Source of the DNA: a virus
Reading direction: 5' to 3' (one strand)
Length of the DNA: 64,000 bases
Virus record (IMG/VR): IMGVR_UViG_3300025141_000047
Location: 1 to 64,000 of that record
Shown here: positions 57,005 through 64,000 of the stretch, piece after piece
How positions within the stretch are numbered: position 1 is the stretch's first letter
Layout: every line of letters begins with the position of its first letter
Notes under the pieces: model-generated
Seen by the model: only the letters and a program-made list of their open reading frames with translations
What the model was told of the DNA's origin: nothing
The model's database searches: none
Translations under genes and position numbers: made by a program

Positions 57005-58807
57005 TTATTGACTGTTGCCCCTTGAACCGCCCAAACCATGCCGTTTTTCTGTTTCTTTGATTTGGTGGTCAATGGCTTTTTCCTGTGGAGATTTATGTTC
57101 TCTTTTGTCCGTCTTTACAGATGCAGCCGAAGGCGCACCATCAACACGTCGAATCATACCTGGACTTTCACCGCCGCTTTGACGTGTGTTTTCGCTTTGA
57201 GTCCTCAAAGGCGGTAAATCAGTTCCAGCAGTTGTAGCGAGGGAATCAGCAAAAGGAATAGACCCCCTGCTTGAATCAAAATTGGTTCGCTTAAACATCA
57301 TGTTTGGATCGGAGAGCATTTCATCTCCTTTTTGCACAGGTTGTCCTCCGCCCTGTTGTTGCTGCTGTTGTTGAGCCTGTGCCGCAGCGACTTCTTGAGG
57401 GTTTGGTTGCTTGAAATCAAAGTGAAGTATTTTGTCATCTATTCCATCACGGAGGTTTGCCTCATAACCTGCTTGCTTCATTTGCATCATGTTGCGAATA
57501 GCCATCTCATCTCTTCGCAATTGCATAATTTCATCCTCTTCCTCATGTGGATTTAGAAGAAGTTCCCATTCTTTGATTTCAAAAGCCTCAGTAATTTGAG
57601 GGAATAATACCCGATTGTAAATTGATTGTGCAAATGCTACGGCTCGGTTGCTCACCACGATCTGCATTCCTTCGTTATTAAGTCCACCACCAGACACATC
57701 ATTCATGAAAACATTTGATACTCCAAAGAATGCTGCGATTCTTTGTCTTATGTCATCCTTAATTGGGATATATTGCAGTTCTTCGAGGGTGTCCATCATA
57801 CGCACATACTCAAGACCTCCACGCCCAGATTCGGTTTCAACACCAATTGTTGGAATGTAAGACGGATCACGCTCAAGGTGTTCCTGAATGTTTCTGGCGG
57901 TTCGCTCAACCGTTTCCATGTTGGATGATTTGATGACCATAACGCCTCTCGGCATACGCTTCTTTTGATACGCTGAATAGACATAATTATCCATAGCGAT
58001 GAGGGTATTGACCTGCCTCCACATTGTTGCGATAGGGCTTCGGCCATACAATTTACTGGGCGACCACTTACTGAGATGAATGACCTCGCCCTCAGTATAT
58101 ACTTGTCCTTTTCCAACACCTGCAAGGTTCATGTAATGGATCGGAACAACAGGCATCCCCGTTGCAGGGCATTTGTCCTTTGGGTCGCTGGTTCGATAAG
58201 TCCTATCAACCAATGAAGTGTATTGGCTTCCACCACGAACCCCTCTTTTATCAGCAAGCATACGCATGAAAATAGGGTCGGCACGTGTAATCTCCTTCAC
58301 CCTAAAAAACATGACCTTCTTTGTATCGGGATCAACAAAGTATTCCTTTGTAAGTATCAGGTAAGCATCATCAACAACGTTCAAGTCCATTTCGACTTCT
58401 TTCATAATTTCAATGAAACTTTGCATCATTCCATTTTTGCTTTCAAGTAATGCCTCAGCGTATTCCAATTCGGATTTATCCGCTTTACGGACTTCTCCGC
58501 CGCATTTTCCACAGGATTCAACCTCTTGATGGAACTTTTCATCACATTCCCTGCATTTTACTACAAACTTTGGTTTCCACCCGTAGCCTTTTCTAAATGC
58601 TTCAACAGAAAGGTGATTGAGAATTGAGCGCAAAACTACGCATTCAAAGGTGGCTGCATAAAGAGCAGGTATCGTAATCCCTTGTAAAAGAGGGGGTTCT
58701 TGAATCCCAGATTGAAATAATGGCATTGTGGGCATGGGCGTTGTGTGCCTTTCCATGTCAATGCCTATCGCTGAAAATAAGCGTTCCATCCTCTCTTTAT
58801 CAGCCAT
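57005..58807 (-). CDS. portal protein (with Zn-ribbon insertion)
   Basis: EVIHLSKWSPSKLYGRSP, IAAFFGV; CREC...CGKCG; downstream of terminase. Confidence 0.88.
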   Translation of the reverse strand: MADKERMERLFSAIGIDMERHTTPMPTMPLFQSGIQEPPLLQGITIPALYAATFECVVLRSILNHLSVEAFRKGYGWKPKFVVKCRECDEKFHQEVESCGKCGGEVRKADKSELEYAEALLESKNGMMQSFIEIMKEVEMDLNVVDDAYLILTKEYFVDPDTKKVMFFRVKEITRADPIFMRMLADKRGVRGGSQYTSLVDRTYRTSDPKDKCPATGMPVVPIHYMNLAGVGKGQVYTEGEVIHLSKWSPSKLYGRSPIATMWRQVNTLIAMDNYVYSAYQKKRMPRGVMVIKSSNMETVERTARNIQEHLERDPSYIPTIGVETESGRGGLEYVRMMDTLEELQYIPIKDDIRQRIAAFFGVSNVFMNDVSGGGLNNEGMQIVVSNRAVAFAQSIYNRVLFPQITEAFEIKEWELLLNPHEEEDEIMQLRRDEMAIRNMMQMKQAGYEANLRDGIDDKILHFDFKQPNPQEVAAAQAQQQQQQQGGGQPVQKGDEMLSDPNMMFKRTNFDSSRGSIPFADSLATTAGTDLPPLRTQSENTRQSGGESPGMIRRVDGAPSAASVKTDKREHKSPQEKAIDHQIKETEKRHGLGGSRGNSQ

Positions 58808-60041
58808 TTATTACAGCCTCCTTAATCTCTTCAAACCCTTCAATAGAAAGATTCCATGATTTCAAAAGTCTTACTTGCTTTTGAGGTTTAGAATGTGAAT
58901 ATGTGAGGCATTTTTTGGCATCCTCGTCATCCTCAAGAGCCTTTTTCAATATCATGATTTCACTTCTCTTTTGAGTCAAATGTGGCAAAGACACATCAAG
59001 TGCCTTAGCGACTGAGAACTCCCCCTCAATCACTAAACCCTTGCCTTCGGCTATAATTCCTCGCACACCGAGTTCCGTGTTAAGTGCATAGGCATATTCC
59101 TTGCATACCCTTGAATTAAAAGGAAGAATGACTCTTGGAACTCCACGTGGGCTAATTTCAATTGTGCCGCCAACTTCATAGAGATCGCCAATCAAAGCCC
59201 CTGCGTCTTTCACTATGATGTCGTTTTTCTTTAATCCATAAAATAAACCTTTATCATTGTTTTTTGAGCCTGAACCCAATGCTTCAATGTCATATAGGAA
59301 TCCATGTGATTTGATGAGCATAGCAATTTTGGTGGTGCTGCCCTTTACACCATAAGATTGTAGCGATTGGGTATTCATGCTTCCATATTCGTCAAGAACC
59401 TCATGCGCTTTCTGTAAAGAATTTCTTTCTGGTCGGCTTAAGCGTTCCTCTTTTGTAATTCGATTTGACCAACTTTCGTAAGCCGAGTCGTTTCCATCCG
59501 ACCAACTCTTCACAAATCGCCTAAATGGAATCTCCAAAGAATCTGTATTCTTGTGCAACATATTCCAATCAAAGTCTGTAAAGGGGAGAGAATCAACAAT
59601 ATCGGGTGATACTGAGGGGAATGATTTCAACAGCGACTTTCTTTCTTCAATAATCAAAGGCTCAATGATTTGAACCATCTCATCTCTTCCAGATTTTATG
59701 AATAGGTCAATTATCTCCGAACCCTGCATACCGAAATTATCAACAAACCATGTTTTTGAAACTGGAACAGGCGATGTAGCGGTTTCAACTTCGGTTCCTG
59801 GTTGATTGTTGCCGCCACCCATGTTAGCAGAATCAAAACCTTCGATTGCTGCGTCTTCACGTGGACTCCCTGCTGACTCATCCTTTTGTTGAGATGCCGC
59901 TTTTTTCTTTTGGTCAAGCAACTTCTTTTCTTGGAGATTGTTCTTCAATTCCATTTCAACTAACTTAGAATCAAGAACCTTGATAATCGCATCTGTTGGC
60001 GATTGAACGTCAAAAACGCCTTCTATTCTTTTATCAAACAT
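58800..60041 (-). CDS. protein with C-terminal degenerate LAGLIDADG-like domain
   Basis: ALIGDLYEVGGTIEISPRGVPRV...LPHLTQK; multiple KS sites. Confidence 0.5.
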   Translation of the reverse strand: MFDKRIEGVFDVQSPTDAIIKVLDSKLVEMELKNNLQEKKLLDQKKKAASQQKDESAGSPREDAAIEGFDSANMGGGNNQPGTEVETATSPVPVSKTWFVDNFGMQGSEIIDLFIKSGRDEMVQIIEPLIIEERKSLLKSFPSVSPDIVDSLPFTDFDWNMLHKNTDSLEIPFRRFVKSWSDGNDSAYESWSNRITKEERLSRPERNSLQKAHEVLDEYGSMNTQSLQSYGVKGSTTKIAMLIKSHGFLYDIEALGSGSKNNDKGLFYGLKKNDIIVKDAGALIGDLYEVGGTIEISPRGVPRVILPFNSRVCKEYAYALNTELGVRGIIAEGKGLVIEGEFSVAKALDVSLPHLTQKRSEIMILKKALEDDEDAKKCLTYSHSKPQKQVRLLKSWNLSIEGFEEIKEAVING

Positions 60042-61470
60042 TTGCCCACCCTAACCTACTTTGCCATACTTCTGCATCTAAAATCACGATGCTTTCTCGA
60101 TATTCTTTTGTTGCTTGAACGCCCAATGCAAGAGCAATAACCATGTCGTCATGACCGCCCAAACTCTCCATACGCCCGTTATCCAACATGGTGAACGTGG
60201 AGAGTTCAGTCAATAAAGTGTTCATCAATCTCCGTGTCCCTCCTTCGTCTTTGTAGGGTATATTCAACTTGCCCTGTTCAAATTGCAGTTGGAGGGTATG
60301 AATTAAAGCCTCTTTCTTCATACGGCTCATATTGAATGGTTTTATTGGGAGATCGCTTATCTCGTTTAGCACTTGATTGAATGCAATTGCGAAGTTATTT
60401 GTTTCAAGTTCAATGATAACAGGGTTGAATCTGGCATTCAATTCTATGATTTTATCAATTTGAGATGAAAAGTCCATTCCTTTCTCATGGTGGGTGTGGA
60501 TAATGTGTTTGTTTTTATTCTCATCAACTGCAATAACCATCATACAGGTATAGTCGGCTCTCCGATCTGCTGAGATTGCAGGATCCCAACCAATGTAGTA
60601 ATTGTAGGCTTCACCATCATGTGGATAATAAGACAACGCCAATTCCTCGTCTTTGACCTTGTTTAGCACTTCTTCAGGGAATAGACTCGCCTCGCTCGCA
60701 ATTGGTTTGCACAGGTATTCTCTTGTGAATGCAATAGAGGTCATGTCATTGCGTCTTGAATTTAGAGCATCCAAAGACCAACGCTCAGGAAACAAACATT
60801 CTCCTGTTTGCTCATTGATAGCAGGGTATTCTCGAACAGCGTATGATTTCAACTTCTTCAATTCGGCGTAAAGATCGGTATATGAAAACGGAGTCCCAAC
60901 AATGCACAGTTGAGCCGTGTGGTGAAGAACTGGAAGCAAAGCCGTGTAAAACCATGAGGATATATGCTTGAGTTGGGTTTGTGCTTCACTTGACAAAATA
61001 TCGTCAAGCACCACGATTTGAGGGTGCGCCCCACGAACCGCTTTTCCAACAGACATAGCCGAGATAGATGATTTGTTGGTGAACTTGAACTTCTGTTTTG
61101 CCCAACCTCTCTTTGGTTTTAGGTGTTGGAGAGCAGGTATTGATTCAATCAATTCATTCATTTTTCCCATGTGTTCAATAGATTGGTGCTGGCTGTGGGA
61201 AAAGAACAATACTTCTGTGCCTGGATTGTAAGCCATTTTCCAAAGGAGATAAACTCGATAGAAAACAGACTTTCCATGATCACGGCTGGCTATAATGCAG
61301 GTTTTACTGTTGTTTTCCGACAAATCATACCATTCTTGATGGAACTTTGTTAATATCCAGGGGTTCTTTTCATCATATTTTCCACAGATTTCTTCAAAAA
61401 AATACTTGAAGTCACGGCGACCCATTTCAAAATCAACATTAGCAGTTAATTGTTTAAGACCCTCCGACAT
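60034..61470 (-). CDS. terL: terminase large subunit
   Basis: Walker A SRDHGKS, VRG...VVLDD Walker B, VGTP, GWDPA, HDDMVIA. Confidence 0.95.
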   Translation of the reverse strand: MSEGLKQLTANVDFEMGRRDFKYFFEEICGKYDEKNPWILTKFHQEWYDLSENNSKTCIIASRDHGKSVFYRVYLLWKMAYNPGTEVLFFSHSQHQSIEHMGKMNELIESIPALQHLKPKRGWAKQKFKFTNKSSISAMSVGKAVRGAHPQIVVLDDILSSEAQTQLKHISSWFYTALLPVLHHTAQLCIVGTPFSYTDLYAELKKLKSYAVREYPAINEQTGECLFPERWSLDALNSRRNDMTSIAFTREYLCKPIASEASLFPEEVLNKVKDEELALSYYPHDGEAYNYYIGWDPAISADRRADYTCMMVIAVDENKNKHIIHTHHEKGMDFSSQIDKIIELNARFNPVIIELETNNFAIAFNQVLNEISDLPIKPFNMSRMKKEALIHTLQLQFEQGKLNIPYKDEGGTRRLMNTLLTELSTFTMLDNGRMESLGGHDDMVIALALGVQATKEYRESIVILDAEVWQSRLGWANV

Positions 61471-61479
61471 ATTAGATCA

Positions 61480-63735
61480 CTACTCGAATAAATCATTCAT
61501 GCTGGTCCATGAAGGTTCTTTTGTTTCACCATCTGCTGATAACTCATTAAGAATACGTGGGGCGAGGAAAGCAGAAAATCGGTTATCATAATCACCAGTA
61601 TTCATGTGAGCCAAACCCCCCATGTGTAGCGGTAAATCCTCTCCACCTGCAAATGAAATCTCTTGATCGGAACTCAAACTGTTTGTTTGAAACATATTTG
61701 CCAATTGTTTTAATTTTTCATTTGAATAAGCGGAATCCCCAATGCGGCTATACCCATGACCTTCTATCGGTTTTATTCGCTGTTTGAAATCTTTTGGAGT
61801 TAGCGAAGTAATATCCCGCATCGAATTAAATAATTCCCTGTCTTCAAACGGGGGTAAGGCTTGAACTTGTGTTCCGTCAAGTGGTCGCATTGAACGTTCT
61901 CCTAACAAATAGCCAGGAAGTTCATGTGATTTTGCACCGAGATTTACACCCCTTTCAAGTGGAAAATCAAACATTCCAGTGGAAGTATTGTATCGTGGAG
62001 AAAGCATATTTGGACCTTTTATTGAAGGAGAACTTCTTCCCTTTGCATTGATTATTTTTTGTCCTTCGGGGGAAGAGGACATGATTCTTGAGCCATCCTC
62101 TCTAAACCATCCGTAGGGATTGCGTTTTGTTCCTTTTGGAAGACCTTCATGCCTCTTGGGAGTAATCATGCGAGAGCGAACCAACTGCCGATCAGAACGC
62201 TTCAGTGGCTCAGGGCGTTCACCAATAATGCGAGGCATTGGGGGGTAAGGTGGAGATTTACTCCACCTTGTTCCTTTTCCGTTCCATTTTCCAGGAATAT
62301 GCAAGAACCGATCCATTTCATCTATTCGGTCTTTTTTTGAACGTTTAGAGGAACCACCGCCTCCCGAAGCCATACTCATAATGCCATCCATGTCAAGAGC
62401 CAAAGCATTTGCTACTTCTGGAACCTTAAAGAAACCTCTTTCATCAAACTGTTTTTCATGACCAACGCCAAAACCTAAAATATGATCATTTGTAGTGGCT
62501 GATGCCGTATCAATATATCCTTCAGGATTTAACCAAACCGCAGGGTCGGTTTTTAATTTACCAAACATTCTCAAATCATTCATCGTGAGCCTTTTCAAAA
62601 GATCGCTTGCCGAATCAAGTTCTAAAGAATCGGCTGAACGCCGATACTCAGTTGGCGTTTTTGAATCAATTGCCGTTAAGTCTTGACGTTTTGGTTTTTC
62701 TTTAGTTTTTTTTTTAGAACCCTTTGCGGCTTTTTTTGCCCCTTCGGTGGCTTTGTCATCGGGCTTTTTGCCCTTCATACCTGCCGCTACCATATCGGCA
62801 GCACGTTGCGTTGCTGTCTTTTTTCCTTTTTCGGTTGCCGCAGGTGGTGTTTCGACCTTCTTAGCCTTCTTTGGTGTCTTTGGCTTAATTGTCTTTTTTG
62901 CTGCGTTTGAAACCGTTTTATCGGGTTTTGGAGTTTCTTTTGCTTTCGCCTTCGCTTTTCTTTTCTTTTTCCGTTCTTGGACTTTATCAAAATCAGCCAT
63001 TGCCTTTAGACCTTTTTCATCAAGTTTTGAATCATCAGTTTCATACTCAGGTTCTTCACCCAGTCTTTCCGATTTTCGATTTTGAACACGGTTAAACAAT
63101 TCTTCCGCCATTTCTTCTTTGGTCGGTGTGGCTTTTGGAATTGTCTTTGCGGCCTCAGCAACCGTTGGATCGGGTTGAGGCTCAGGCGTTGGCTTAGGTG
63201 TTGGCTCAGGTGTTGGCTCAGGCGTTGGCTGCGCTTCTGGCTGAGTCATCACGTCAAATGCAGGGTCAAAAGCGGCGGCGTGTTCAGGTGAACTTTCAAG
63301 TGGAGTTTCAAACCCCTCGTTTTCTGTTTGATATGCGGAATCATCTTGATGATCGGTGGGGTTGGTGATGTCGTTAGTGAAATCGGATTCATCAGGTGTT
63401 GGCTCAGGCGTTGGCTCAGGTGTTCGCTCTATTGATTCGGGCAACAATCGGCTTTCATCCGTAATTGGGAGAGATGATGCGACTTCGCCCCTTTGTGCTG
63501 GCAACAATCGTCTTTCATCCGTAATCACCTTATTCGCAGGGGGGGATGATACAACTTGTTCTTGAGGCATAACTTGTTCTTGAGGCATAACTTTGGTTCG
63601 TTGTGGACCCATTGTTGGGGCAAGCATTGAACGCAAACGCTCATTGCCTCTTTGTTGCCTAAAATCCCTTCTTTGTTGTCGGCCATCACGCCAACCTTTG
63701 TAAATGAAATCTAAAGCCTCTTCACGATCTTGCAT
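61480..63735 (-). CDS. low-complexity protein (PTPE repeats, Lys/Ala-rich segment)
   Basis: 751-aa ORF, GGTGA RBS; acidic Pro-rich region then H1-like basic region. Confidence 0.7.
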   Translation of the reverse strand: MQDREEALDFIYKGWRDGRQQRRDFRQQRGNERLRSMLAPTMGPQRTKVMPQEQVMPQEQVVSSPPANKVITDERRLLPAQRGEVASSLPITDESRLLPESIERTPEPTPEPTPDESDFTNDITNPTDHQDDSAYQTENEGFETPLESSPEHAAAFDPAFDVMTQPEAQPTPEPTPEPTPKPTPEPQPDPTVAEAAKTIPKATPTKEEMAEELFNRVQNRKSERLGEEPEYETDDSKLDEKGLKAMADFDKVQERKKKRKAKAKAKETPKPDKTVSNAAKKTIKPKTPKKAKKVETPPAATEKGKKTATQRAADMVAAGMKGKKPDDKATEGAKKAAKGSKKKTKEKPKRQDLTAIDSKTPTEYRRSADSLELDSASDLLKRLTMNDLRMFGKLKTDPAVWLNPEGYIDTASATTNDHILGFGVGHEKQFDERGFFKVPEVANALALDMDGIMSMASGGGGSSKRSKKDRIDEMDRFLHIPGKWNGKGTRWSKSPPYPPMPRIIGERPEPLKRSDRQLVRSRMITPKRHEGLPKGTKRNPYGWFREDGSRIMSSSPEGQKIINAKGRSSPSIKGPNMLSPRYNTSTGMFDFPLERGVNLGAKSHELPGYLLGERSMRPLDGTQVQALPPFEDRELFNSMRDITSLTPKDFKQRIKPIEGHGYSRIGDSAYSNEKLKQLANMFQTNSLSSDQEISFAGGEDLPLHMGGLAHMNTGDYDNRFSAFLAPRILNELSADGETKEPSWTSMNDLFE
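63179..63593 (-). repeat. in-frame tandem repeats (12-bp PTPE units; ITDExRLLP duplication; 18-bp MPQEQV x2)
   Basis: TTGGCTCAGG(C/T)G units at 63179-63230 and 63392-63424; AACTTGTTCTTGAGGCAT x2 at 63553-63588. Confidence 0.85.
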
Positions 63736-63739
63736 GAAA

Positions 63740-64000
63740 TCACCGCCTTAGATTTGTTGTCGTGTTTCGCTCTTGAATTGATTTGCGAAGTGAAAGAATA
63801 TCGGAATAGGCCGTCAATTGAGAATCGAATGATGTGGCGATAGGCATTGGCGCACTCATGCCCATTGCCCGTTGATTCATGCGCTGATTTGCTGCTTGAT
63901 AATTTTTAGTCTGTTGTTGAGATTGCTGATTGGCCTTTCCACGTGCAGCACCGCCAGTGCTTCCGAATCGAGAAGTTGCACCAAAAGAAGCAATATCCAT
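63740..64000 (-). CDS. Gln/Gly-rich protein, C-terminal part (5'-partial)
   Basis: Open to the window edge; ends ILSLRKSIQER. Confidence 0.6.
   Translation of the reverse strand: MDIASFGATSRFGSTGGAARGKANQQSQQQTKNYQAANQRMNQRAMGMSAPMPIATSFDSQLTAYSDILSLRKSIQERNTTTNLRR

Larger units (their letters stand above)
1..64000. mobile_element. Archaeal tailed virus genome segment (Caudoviricetes; magrovirus-like, probable Poseidoniales host)
   Basis: Complete terminase-portal-protease-MCP-neck-tail module on - strand. Archaeal-type replication genes (MCM, PriS-PriL, ERCC4, TFB-like) on + strand. No cellular housekeeping genes. GGTGA/GGAGG RBSs. Confidence 0.88.

Noticed and set aside
58800-61470. Intein or group I intron in terminase/portal
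   Set aside because: Terminase and portal are uninterrupted with normal lengths. No C...HN splice motifs seen.
23666-63565. Numerous + strand ORFs opposite the structural genes (and - strand ORFs opposite the replication genes)
   Set aside because: Shadow ORFs fully overlapping well-supported genes, with no motifs or RBS.
63179-63593. Tandem repeats as CRISPR or origin iterons
   Set aside because: Units are multiples of 3, in frame within a CDS, with no unique spacers.
1-64000. Integrase, att sites or provirus boundaries
   Set aside because: No recombinase or host genes in the window. Both edges fall inside viral ORFs.

Overview
Most of the genome of a large archaeal head-tail virus (Caudoviricetes, HK97-type head, probably non-contractile tail). 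It most resembles magroviruses of marine Group II Euryarchaeota/Poseidoniales. That assignment is an inference from archaeal-type MCM, PriS-PriL, ERCC4/Hef, TFB-like genes, GGTGA/GGAGG ribosome-binding sites and TATA-type promoters. Two convergent arms meet at 20745/20746. The + arm (1-20745) carries small Zn-finger proteins, PC4- and TFB-like regulators, a ligase-like protein, SSB-like and recombination proteins, a PAPS-reductase-like enzyme, three DNA methyltransferases, primase, ERCC4 nuclease and an MCM-like helicase. The - arm (64000-20746) carries terminase, portal, head proteins, protease/scaffold, MCP, neck, tail tube, frameshifted tail chaperone, tape measure, giant LamG tail-tip proteins and a terminal cluster that includes a Dam-like MTase. 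Five observations stand out. (1) A shared F-[E/D]-x-[A]-[W/SW]-x-x-x-K peptide tag sits on six otherwise unrelated proteins and ends in a protease-like K site: a candidate capsid cargo-loading system, with a DNA MTase among the cargo. (2) PCNA-binding (PIP-like) tails occur on the DNA-modification enzymes. (3) Two catalytically degenerate ligase domains are present, one bracketed by putative cleavage sites in a head polyprotein. (4) A subset of 4-bp palindromes appears to be avoided. (5) There is a clean CCCTTTG -1 frameshift in the tail chaperone. All calls are from motif reading only; no searches were run.
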